Shown one piece after another: positions 1 through 8,951 of a DNA stretch of 64,000 bases; the stretch's first letter is position 1, and each line of letters starts with the position of its first letter. The notes under the pieces were generated by a model, which saw nothing but the letters and a program-made list of their open reading frames with translations, was not told the DNA's origin and did no database searches. The DNA is from Bryobacterales bacterium (GTDB taxonomy: Bacteria; Acidobacteriota; Terriglobia; Bryobacterales; UBA6623): contig OY729428.2 in the NCBI GenBank assembly GCA_963422375.2, positions 1 to 64,000 on the forward strand, given 5' to 3'. Both the position numbers and the translations under genes were made by a program.

Positions 1-474
1 GTGCACGATCGTGCTGGAGTGCGCGGAGCGCGAGAGCGGCTTGCGAGGCGCATGCGTCAGGCGACCGAGAGCACGGTTCGCCTGAGGCACCCGGGCTGGA
101 TCCACTGGCCCGACACGGAAACCAGCCGGCAATGAGCGGATCAACGGAATTGCTCGTCATGGGTCGACCCGAGAAACGAGTCACTCCCACCGTCATCGAG
201 TGGAGCGAACCGACGTACCATCCGCGACGGCGTCGGTGCTTTCGGGAGACCGACCTCGGATTCGCGGTAGCGCTCGGGTCGCATGCGGCAGACGGCTCGG
301 TCTTGCCCAACCGATGTAGCTGACGCCCGATAGACACTCCAACATCGCGTCGTGTCCGACTGTGCCGCCTGTCGGCCGGGGAGCGTTACTCCGACGTCTC
401 CAACGCCGGCGCTCGCGCTGGAGTGTCGGTCGCGAGCATTGACGTTCGCCTCATGAGTGGGCTCTGATAAGGGT

Positions 475-1635
475 ATGCGAGCTCGCCCGATCATTGCCGG
501 TCTTGCCGTGCTCGCGCTGTGGGCAGGCTGCTCACCAGAGACCCCCATGCCGAGCGCCTCTTCCGATTCCACGTACCTCATGTACGTCGGGACCTACACC
601 CGCGAAACGAGCGCTGGAATCTACGCGTACCGGTTCGACGCCTCAAACGGCGAGGCGGAAGAGGTAGGCCTAGTCGCCGACGTGCGCGACCCGTCGTTCC
701 TCGCGCTGCACCCGAGCCGGAAGTTCCTGTACGCGGTCACCGAGAGCGACGATTTCGACAGCGACGGCAGCGGTTCCGTCTCGTCATTCGCGATCAACGC
801 GGATTCCGGGAAGCTCACGAAGCTCAACGAGGTTTCGTCGAAGGGAGGGTGGCCCTGCCACCTGAGCCTCGATGGGAGCGGGCGCATGCTGATCGTCGCC
901 AACTACAAGGGAGGCAGCGTAGCATCGTTCCCGGTGAACGGAGACGGCACCTTGGGAGAGGCGATTTCGCACTACCAGCACGAGGGGAGCAGCGTCCATG
1001 AGCGCCAGCAGCAGCCGCATGCGCACTCCGCCGACTTCTCCGCCGATGGCAGATTCGCGTTCTTCTCGGATCTCGGGACGGATCAAGTCAAGATCTACCG
1101 GGCGGACCCAGCGGCGGCGACGATCACCCCCAACGATCCGCCGCACGTGGACGTCGCCCCGGGCTCCGGGCCTCGGCACTTCGCCCTGCACCCGTCAGGA
1201 CGGTTCGCGTACGGTCTGAACGAACTGGCATCCACCGTGACCGTGTACGAATACGACGGCGAGAACGGGCAGCTGGCCGTGCAGCAGACCTTGACCACGC
1301 TGCCCGAGGACTTCGAGGGCGAGAACTACACCGCCGAGATCTACGTCCATCCGTCCGGCAACTTCGTGTATGCGTCGAACCGAGGGCACCATTCCATCGC
1401 GGTCCTGGCCGTGGACGAGGCGAGCGGGCGGCTCGAGCCGAGGGGGCTGGTCAGCACAAGGGGCGAGTGGCCCAGAAACTTCGCCTTCGACCCGACGGGC
1501 CGCTACCTTCTCGCGGCGAACCAGAATACGGACAACATCGCGGTGTTCGAACTTGATGCAGCGACAGGGGAATTGACGCCGACCGAGGCGGACCTAATGA
1601 TCGACGCTCCCGTTTGCGTCCTGTTCCGGCCCTGA
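475..1635 (+). CDS. pgl: 6-phosphogluconolactonase-family (lactonase, 7-bladed beta-propeller) lipoprotein
   Basis: Motifs YVGTYT, PCHLSLD, VANYKGGS, QQPHAHS, DLGTD, GSGPRH, YASNRGH, WPRNF. ATG at 475 gives a signal peptide with lipobox-like LWAGC. Confidence 0.85.
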   Translation: MRARPIIAGLAVLALWAGCSPETPMPSASSDSTYLMYVGTYTRETSAGIYAYRFDASNGEAEEVGLVADVRDPSFLALHPSRKFLYAVTESDDFDSDGSGSVSSFAINADSGKLTKLNEVSSKGGWPCHLSLDGSGRMLIVANYKGGSVASFPVNGDGTLGEAISHYQHEGSSVHERQQQPHAHSADFSADGRFAFFSDLGTDQVKIYRADPAAATITPNDPPHVDVAPGSGPRHFALHPSGRFAYGLNELASTVTVYEYDGENGQLAVQQTLTTLPEDFEGENYTAEIYVHPSGNFVYASNRGHHSIAVLAVDEASGRLEPRGLVSTRGEWPRNFAFDPTGRYLLAANQNTDNIAVFELDAATGELTPTEADLMIDAPVCVLFRP

Positions 1636-1932
1636 AGCGGCTGCTTCTTTGTCACAATCTTCCCCGGAGGGCATCCGTGTTCTGCGGGTGGTAGCGTGAG
1701 TGCCACGCGAGCGGCGGTACGCGCTCGGGCCTGCCCGCGGTAGGGCCGCTATCCGACGTGGAATGCTTGGAAGCGGGCAGCCGGTGCGAACTGCCACCGT
1801 CGCAAGGCGCGCGATTCAACCGACTGCGCGCCTGCCGCAACCTAGAACACCCACCCAACCTCGACTTCGGAATCCGAGTGCGCGGCACGGACGATACGGC
1901 TCTACAATCAGATATCGCGACGAGTGTCGAGG

Positions 1933-3510
1933 ATGCGCGCCTTCAACACCGAGGGACCTGTTGTGCCTACGAAGCACTATTGCATTCCGCCCTTGGAACG
2001 AATCGACTTGGACGATGTGCTCGGCCTGATCCGCCGCGAGAAATATTTCATCCTGCACGCGCCGAGGCAGTCGGGCAAGACCTCGACCCTGCTCGCGTTG
2101 CAGGACCTCATCAATGGCGGGGCGCATGGAGACTTCCGATGCGTCTACGTCAACGTCGAGGCGGGCGAGGCCGGGGGCGAGGACACCCACCGCGCGATGT
2201 ACGCGGTCCTAGCCGCGATGGCTGGCTACGCCTTGGAGACGCTGGACGACAGTTTCGTCGACAGTGCTATGGGCAGTACCTTGGACAAGCGCGGTCCCGA
2301 CGGCGCACTGTTCGAAATCTTACGACTCTGGGCGCGGAGGGATCCCCGGCCATTGGTACTTCTGATCGACGAGATCGACGCCTTGGTGGGCGACACTCTG
2401 ATTTCGGTGCTGCGCCAACTGCGCTCGGGCTACCACCTCCGCCCGCGGAGCTTCCCGCAGAGCATCGTTCTGTGCGGGGTGCGCGAACTCCGAGACTACC
2501 GCATTCACTCCGGCTCGACCGGCCAGAAAGTGAAGGGGAGCAGTGCATTCAATGTCAGCGCCAAGTCGCTGCGGATCGGCTCATTCCAGCGCGAGCAGGT
2601 CGCGAGGCTGCTGTCCCAGCACACGGCGGAGACAGGCCAGGCGTTCTCGCCGTCAGCGCTGGAGCGGGTGTGGAGTCGCACCATGGGCCAGCCGTGGCTT
2701 GTGAACGCGCTGTGCTGGCAAGCCTGCTTTGAGAGCCCGGGTGCCTGCGACCGCTCGCCGGCGATCGAGCTAGGCAATATTGTCGAAGCGGAGGAAGTCT
2801 TGGTCCAGCGGCGAGTGGTGCATCTGGACCAGCTCGCGGACAAGCTGAGGGAAGAGCGCGTGAGACGCGTGATTGAGCCCCTGCTCAGCGGCGCCGCGCA
2901 ACGGGACTACACCTACCGCGACCTCGAATACGCGCGGGACATCGGGCTGGTGGCTGTGGACGCACCGGTGCGCATCGCCAACCCGATCTATGCGGAAGTG
3001 GTGCCGCGGGAGCTGACGGCGGCGACCCAGGAAGATCTCGAGGTGGAGGCTGCTTGGTATGTCCGGGAGGACGGAGCGCTTGACATGGACGGTCTGCTGG
3101 AAGGGTTCCAGGAATTCTACCGCCAGCATTCGGAGCACTGGATAGGGCGCTACGACTACAAGGAAGCCGGCGCGCAGCTGCTGCTGCAGGCATACCTCCA
3201 GCGTGTCGTCAACGGTGGCGGGCGCATCGAGCGGGAGTACGGGCTGGGGCGCGGGCGCACCGACCTGCTGGTCCATTGGCCGCTGAATGGGCGGGAGCAG
3301 AGGATCGTGGTGGAATGCAAGCTCCGCCGGAACGGCTTGAACAGCACGGTCCAGCAGGGCTTGGAGCAGACTGCGCGGTACATGGACCGCTGCGGGGCAG
3401 AGGCGGGCCATCTGGTGGTGTTCGACCGCAGTGACCGGACGTGGGAGGAGAAGCTATTCCGTCGTAGCGAGGCGTGCGACGGCAGGACGATTCAGGTTTG
3501 GGGTATCTGA
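1933..3510 (+). CDS. AAA+ ATPase with C-terminal PD-(D/E)XK nuclease-like domain (paralog 1)
   Basis: Walker A HAPRQSGKTS, Walker B LLIDEID, C-terminal REYGLGRGRTDLLV...IVVECK. Confidence 0.85.
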   Translation: MRAFNTEGPVVPTKHYCIPPLERIDLDDVLGLIRREKYFILHAPRQSGKTSTLLALQDLINGGAHGDFRCVYVNVEAGEAGGEDTHRAMYAVLAAMAGYALETLDDSFVDSAMGSTLDKRGPDGALFEILRLWARRDPRPLVLLIDEIDALVGDTLISVLRQLRSGYHLRPRSFPQSIVLCGVRELRDYRIHSGSTGQKVKGSSAFNVSAKSLRIGSFQREQVARLLSQHTAETGQAFSPSALERVWSRTMGQPWLVNALCWQACFESPGACDRSPAIELGNIVEAEEVLVQRRVVHLDQLADKLREERVRRVIEPLLSGAAQRDYTYRDLEYARDIGLVAVDAPVRIANPIYAEVVPRELTAATQEDLEVEAAWYVREDGALDMDGLLEGFQEFYRQHSEHWIGRYDYKEAGAQLLLQAYLQRVVNGGGRIEREYGLGRGRTDLLVHWPLNGREQRIVVECKLRRNGLNSTVQQGLEQTARYMDRCGAEAGHLVVFDRSDRTWEEKLFRRSEACDGRTIQVWGI

Positions 3511-3873
3511 AACTGTTCCGTCAGCCGTATATCGTCGGGACATCCACTCAAATTGATTTCAAGTGATATCGAAGCGGTGATTGCCGAGTATTGTGCCATA
3601 AGAACACGAGTTGGACCCTTGCGACAGGATGTATCTCGCAGCTTCGCAGACGTCGATATGAGTCTCCTATTAGTGTGCTCGATCCATTCAATCGAATCAA
3701 CCGAAGGCTTCAACTTCTTACCTTAGTTCGATTCGATAGTGCTTTGGGAATTCATTAGGATTGTGTCCAAAGGCATCGCGTCTATCGGGCATGATCGTTT
3801 CGCAAGGGAATTATATATCTGAGTGCCGAGCCTTTTGCAAAAATCCCGCGCTAATAGCATTATCATTTAGTTA

Positions 3874-4128
3874 GTGCCTGTGACAAAACTCGTATCCCAT
3901 TGACAACAAAGGTGTTAGGTCCAATCTCTCAAGGCAAAGATTTCACTGGAATGCTACGACTGGTCCGAAATCCTGCCAATTCTGGGTAGAGCGCGGAAAT
4001 CTTCGCGATTGGCGGCTGAGCAACTTCCGACCTTGGGCCCTATATGTTGTATTTGGAGATCCATCCGACCTCAGGATGTAGTATGAAATGCTGATCGGGC
4101 CAGAATTCAGGGGTTTTGTCACAAGCAC
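3874..4128. mobile_element. 255-bp non-autonomous MITE
   Basis: 16-bp TIR GTGCCTGTGACAAAAC / GTTTTGTCACAAGCAC (1 mismatch). 6-bp TSD TAGTTA at 3868-3873 and 4129-4134. The empty site CATTTAGTTAGTCTATT is present in IS copy 2 (~23305-23321). Confidence 0.9.
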
Positions 4129-4288
4129 TAGTTAGTCTATTAAGTATTCGATATAATAAATGAAATAGAACTGTAGTAAATGTAATTTTAATGGCTTGTC
4201 TGCGTTTTGAGTTTCCTGGCAATCCCTTGCCCTCCGTGCTATTATTGTAATGCAAGCCTAGTAAACAGCTGGCAGGATCAAACGAATA

Positions 4289-5321
4289 CCTGATTACCCA
4301 CAAGACTCAGCCAAGCTTAGGAGGCGGTAAGGCATGGGCGGGGTGCGCACGGAGGCGTGGAGCAGGCGGGGGACCAGCGCCTCGAGATCGTAGCGGCGGT
4401 TGAAGCGGTAGCGGAACTCGGCGAGGTAGCGCGGCAGGTGCTTGCCGTCGAACGAATGGCAGGTTCCCGCCAGGGACTGCTTGACGTTCCCCAGCATCGT
4501 GTTGACCCGGACGAAGCGGGAATCCCCGCAGCTCCGCTGCCCGCCTCCAGTGACGGTCGGCACGTGCTCGCAGCCGGCGTCGGCCACGCCCCGGAAGCAG
4601 GCCGGGCCGTCGGAATGCACCTTCGTGCCGGGCTGCAAGTGCCGCCCGGCCCACGCTGCCAGCGTCTTCTTGCGGAAGCCCGCCACGCTGCTCAGGCGCA
4701 TCCTTGCCGGCTGGCCGGCGGCGGTGACCTGCACGGCGGCGACGAACGGCGTCTTGCCCGCCGCGCCGCGCCCGCGCTGGCCGCCGCTCCGCTCCCCGCC
4801 CCAGTAGGCGTCGTCCACCTGCACGATGCCGCCCGGCGGCACGCGCTCGTCGCGCTCCTTCATCACTTGCAAGAGCTTGTGCTTCATCTTCCAGGCGGTA
4901 TTCCGGCTGACCCCCGGCTGCCGCGCCAGTTCCAGCGACGAAACGCCGTGCTGGCCCTGCGTCAGCAGGTGCATAGCCAGGAACCAGACGGTCAGCGGCA
5001 GCTTGGTGGCGGCGCAGATCGTGCCGGCGACGAGGGAGGTCCGGCGGTGGCAGGCATGGCACTGCCAGAGCTTGCGGGAGCGGATGCGGCAGTGCCGCCG
5101 GGAGCCGCACTCCGGGCAGCGGAAGCCGTCCGGCCAGCGGGCCTTGAAGATGGCCTGCTCGCATGGCCCCTCGCTGCCGTAGCGCTGCAGGAACTTGCCC
5201 AGGCTGAGTCCCTTCTGGAATTGCACGCGATTGCGTTTCAGCTGCTAGCCCCTTTCCTGTCAGAGGTTTCCGACCTCCTCCAGTATAGCATATCCTCGGC
5301 TGATGTTCGTTGGTAATCAGG
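4289..5321 (-). mobile_element. IS1595-family element (inner)
   Basis: TIR CCTGATTACC...TCAGCC at both ends. 8-bp TSD AACGAATA at 4281-4288 and 5322-5329. The empty site is present in IS copy 2 (~23462). Confidence 0.92.
4294..5226 (-). CDS. IS1595-family transposase
   Basis: N-terminal Zn ribbon (RWPDGFRCPECG...WQCHACH), QVDDAYWGG, HSDG, KHLPRYLAEFRYRFNRR. Several L>P-type substitutions, so activity is uncertain. Confidence 0.85.
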   Translation of the reverse strand: MQFQKGLSLGKFLQRYGSEGPCEQAIFKARWPDGFRCPECGSRRHCRIRSRKLWQCHACHRRTSLVAGTICAATKLPLTVWFLAMHLLTQGQHGVSSLELARQPGVSRNTAWKMKHKLLQVMKERDERVPPGGIVQVDDAYWGGERSGGQRGRGAAGKTPFVAAVQVTAAGQPARMRLSSVAGFRKKTLAAWAGRHLQPGTKVHSDGPACFRGVADAGCEHVPTVTGGGQRSCGDSRFVRVNTMLGNVKQSLAGTCHSFDGKHLPRYLAEFRYRFNRRYDLEALVPRLLHASVRTPPMPYRLLSLAESCG

Positions 5322-5328
5322 AACGAAT

Positions 5329-6596
5329 ATGTCCTTGATAGAAACCGTATCCGCGTACTGGTTCACGTTCCAGCAGGGGCTGTTCCCCTGGCTCGAGCAG
5401 GAACTCGGCCCCCTCGGCGAGCGCTACCGCAGCTTCGTCCAAGCGGTGGAACTGGCGCAGGTCGAGGACTGCCTGCCCGTCGGGCAGGGCGGCCGCGGCC
5501 GCCCCCTCGCAAGCCGCGCCGCCATGGCGCGCGCCTGCATCGCCAAGGCCGTCTTCGACCAGCCCGCTACGCGCTCGCTGGTCGAGCGCCTGCAGACCGA
5601 TCGCACCCTGCGCCGACTGTGCGGCTGGGACCTGGCCGGGGCCGTGCCCGGCGAGGCAACCTTCTCGCGTGCCTTCGCCGAGTTCGCCGCCAGCGAACTG
5701 CCCGGACGCTTGCACCAGGCGCTGCTCGCGCGGACGCTCGACGGCCACTTGGCAGGGCACGTCTCGCGCGATTCGACCGCCATCGAGGGCCGCGAGCGGC
5801 CCGCCGCGAAGCCCGCGCCGGAACGCAAGCCGAAACGCAAGCGCGGGCGCCCTCGCAAGGGCGAGCAGCGGCCGCCCGATCCGCGCCGACTGGCGCGGCA
5901 GCCCGACATGAATCTCGAAGCAATGCTGCACGACCTGCCGCAGGACTGCGATACCGGCACCAAGCGCAACGCCAAGGGCCGTACCGTCAGCTGGCGCGGC
6001 TACAAGCTGCATATCGACGCGATCGACGGCGGGATCCCGGTCAGCTGCCTGCTCACCGCGGCTTCGCTGCACGACAGCCAGGCCGCGATCAGGCCGCGAT
6101 CCCGCTGGCGACACTGACCGCGGGCCGCGTCGACAACCTGTACGACCTGATGGACAGCGCGTACGACGCGGCCGGGATCCGGGCCTTCAGCAAGCGGCTC
6201 GGGCACGTGCCGCTCATTGATGTCAACCCGCGCGGCCGGACGGAGCTGAAGGCGGATCTGGAACGGGAGGCCAAGGCGCTGCGCAGCGCCGGGCGGGCGG
6301 ATCCGGCGAAGCTGCGCTACCGCGAGCGCTCGACGGTGGAGCGTGTCAACGGCCGCCTGAAGGACGATTTCGGCGGGCGCCACGTGCGCGTCCGCGGCCA
6401 CGGCAAGGTGCTGTGCCACCTCCTGTTCGGCGTGCTCGCGCTGACGGTCGAGCAGCTCCTGCGCCTGGCGCTCCGAGAGCCCGGGCCGCCGGGACAGCCG
6501 CGAAGAGCGCCCGCCCGCAGGGCCGGGCCGGGAGAGCTGCGCCTGCACGCGGCCGCTCCCCGCAGGAGCGCCCCGCAGCCGAGCAAGCCCAGCTGA
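5329..6596 (+). pseudogene. IS5/IS1182-like DDE transposase, frameshifted
   Basis: SRDSTAI, GYKLH, HDSQ, MDSAYD, RSTVERVNGRLK. Frameshift from an 11-bp tandem duplication CAGGCCGCGAT (6079-6100) that is absent in copy 2. Confidence 0.85.
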
Positions 6597-7088
6597 AGGG
6601 AGTCTTTTTCGGCGAGAATAACAGCCCGGAAACTAGTCGTTCATGGGGCGGTCAGCCCTCTTTTCTGAATTTTGCAAAAGGCTCTGCCGACAACGCCATA
6701 TCCGACTAGAACTGCTGTGAGCAGGGAGGTGGGTGTCGAGCTGGGGTCATTCGAGTGCGGCCGCGGCGGGCACAGAGGGGTGGGGGGTGGGATCGTATCT
6801 GAATCGAGCCTGCCAGCGGATTGGACGAGGAAGGGACTAGAGAGGCCGCCTCGCATGCCCCGGTTGCCCCGGTGAAACCCGGTTGGCGGTGGCAGGGCAC
6901 CCCTTGCAAGCCGCTTGCAGGCCCTGCGAGGGCCGAAGACAGCGGATCCCCGGCGCTCGACGGCCTGCATGGACGGTCCGGGCCGGACCGGGGTCGCGCC
7001 GGGGCATGCCGGATCCGGTGCGCCCCTCGTACCGAGCGTGAAGCGCGCGCCCGCAGCGGGCTGCCGCGCTCGGCGCGGCGGGCACCGC

Positions 7089-7994
7089 TCAGGCCGCGAC
7101 CGCGGCCTTGCCGGTCAGCTGCCGGCAGGTCAGCGTCCGGCCGACCAGGCCCCGCGCCATGCGCCGCATCCGTTCCGCCGTGTCGCAGTCGCGGTCGTTG
7201 TACCGTCCCGCGAACTCCGTGAGGTAGCGGCCGAGATGACGGACGCTCATCCGGTGATAGGTGCCGTACAGGCCGCGCTTGAACAGGGACCAAAACGACT
7301 CGATGCCGTTCGCATGCGCTGCCCCGCGCACGTACTCGCCGCCGGAGTACCTGACGGCTTCGTGCGCGAACTCCGCCATGCCGGCGTAGGCCGCCGCCTC
7401 GTCGGAGTAGAGCTGCGCCCCCGGCGCGACCCGGCCGCGCACGAAGCCCTGCAGGTCGCCCTTGGCGGTGCCCGGCAGCGGCCGCGCGGCCACTGCGTTC
7501 GTGGCGCGGGCCTTCTTCCTCTCGTGCTTGTTGCGTTCCTTGCCGCCGACGTAGGTCTCGTCCACCTCCACCGGGCCGGCGAACAGGCCCCGATCCCGCT
7601 CCCGGCACGCGCGGATGCGGTGCGCCAGGTGCCAGGCCGACTTCCGGCTGATGCCTAGGTCGCGGTGCAGCTTCATGCTCGAGACGCCCTTGATGCCGGT
7701 GGTCAGCAGGAACAGGGCCACGGCCCGGGTGCGGTAGCCGAGCTCGGTGTCGGCCATCACGCTGCCGGTGCGCACCGAAAAGCGCTTCCCGCAGCCGCGG
7801 CAACGGTACGGCATCGAAGGGTGGGCCGCGTCGGACTGCACGCTGGAGCCGCGGCAGTAGGGGCACGCGGGACCGTCCGGCCAGCGCATGGAGGCGAACC
7901 ATCTTTCCGCGGATTCGTCATCGGGGAACATGGCGATCACTTCGATCAAGGTGATGCCTTTACGAAACCACTTTCCGGGACCTGATTTCTTCAT
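7089..7994 (-). CDS. IS1595-family transposase (probable internal in-frame deletion)
   Basis: RWPDGPACPYC...YRCRGC, EVDETYVGG, YSDE, NGIESFWSLFKRG, RHLGRYLTEF. The usual GRG..GKT.V.G segment after KERNKH is missing. Confidence 0.8.
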   Translation of the reverse strand: MKKSGPGKWFRKGITLIEVIAMFPDDESAERWFASMRWPDGPACPYCRGSSVQSDAAHPSMPYRCRGCGKRFSVRTGSVMADTELGYRTRAVALFLLTTGIKGVSSMKLHRDLGISRKSAWHLAHRIRACRERDRGLFAGPVEVDETYVGGKERNKHERKKARATNAVAARPLPGTAKGDLQGFVRGRVAPGAQLYSDEAAAYAGMAEFAHEAVRYSGGEYVRGAAHANGIESFWSLFKRGLYGTYHRMSVRHLGRYLTEFAGRYNDRDCDTAERMRRMARGLVGRTLTCRQLTGKAAVAA

Positions 7995-8255
7995 TTACGG
8001 CATCCCCTGCTGGAACTATTCTACCAATAAACACCACAGAATGTCAACGGAAAATCGGAAGAAATATGAAATCTTATTATGGCTTGATAATTTGCCGAAT
8101 CGATTCCCTCGGCACTCAGATATATAATTCCATTTCGCAACTCCATGTAGACTCGGCAGCTCACGATTGACACGGCGGGCACGATGTTGGCGAGATCATG
8201 ATTTGAAATAGCTATCAGGGAGCACATAGGAAATGACAAGCGTCAAGACATCAGC

Positions 8256-8345
8256 ATGATTCAGATCATGAGGATATTCCCGGACGAAGCTGCGCAGGAG
8301 ACGTGGTTCCTTCGAAGACGCTTGCCGCACTGTCCGCAGTGCGGA
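8256..8345 (+). pseudogene. IS1595 transposase N-terminal fragment
   Basis: IQIMRIFPDEAAQETWF...PHCPQCG parallels IEVIAMFPDDESAERWF...PACPYC of the 7089-7994 transposase. Confidence 0.55.
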
Positions 8346-8356
8346 CCGGCCCCAAC

Positions 8357-8578
8357 CACCACGCGCCCAGGCTTGGCAGCTGGCTCAACATGGCGGAGGT
8401 CGAGTCGAGCGCGCTGTGTCGGCAATGCCTCCACCGCCGCGTTCCCGGCTTGAGGAACATGCGCGAGGGGATCGCCACTTGGGAAACGGACCGGAACGAG
8501 CGCCAGTCGAAGACCGACTGGCACTTCACGACGGACGACGGATGATGCAAGCTAGACCGCCTGTATCCGAAGCGCTAG
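8357..8578 (+). pseudogene. IS630-family transposase C-terminal fragment
   Basis: HHAPRLGSWLNMAEVE...RQCLHRR...WETDRN...DWHFTTDDG*CKLDRLYP, with an internal stop. Confidence 0.75.
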
Positions 8579-8951
8579 GCGTCACAGCGTAGCGGGGCTT
8601 GCCCGTGCAGGTCCGCGCCTGCGAATCCATGTCCGCAGGGCCGGTGCTCGCCACGCCGAATGTGGATCGGAATCTGGGACCGCGATGTAACGAGCAGACG
8701 GAGCCCCGCGGGTGCGTCGCGGTCTGCCGACTCCGGATTCTCAGCCAATGAGAGGGTGAACCCGTCGGAGCGTGGCGGGCGAAATGGCGTCGGACACCCT
8801 GCCACCGGACGAAAGTGACGGAATCAAGGTGCCGCCTCACCAGTGACACGGAACTCTCCAATCCGAGAGCGCGGGAGACTGCGTCGCGCCAGCGGCAGGG
8901 CAAGACAGCCCTCGACCCGGCCTCGGGCCGCACCTGCCCGGCCCGAGCCAA

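Larger units (their letters stand above)
3828..6684 (+). mobile_element. IS5/IS1182-like element, copy 1 (inserted in the TIR of the outer IS1595)
   Basis: TIR GAGCCTTTTGCAAAA / TTTTGCAAAAGGCTC. 4-bp TSD TGCC at 3824-3827 and 6685-6688. A near-identical, uninterrupted copy is at 23269-24794. Confidence 0.9.
3806..8132 (-). mobile_element. IS1595-family element (outermost element of the nested array)
   Basis: Terminal inverted repeats GGGAATTATATATCTGAGTGCC (3806) and GGCACTCAGATATATAATTCCA (ends 8132). 8-bp TSD TTTCGCAA at 3798-3805 and 8133-8140. Transposase at 7089-7994. Confidence 0.9.

Noticed and set aside
3511..3797. Gene interrupted by the outer IS1595 (joined with 8141-8250)
   Set aside because: The lower-GC sequence gives no recognisable protein after removing the IS in silico.
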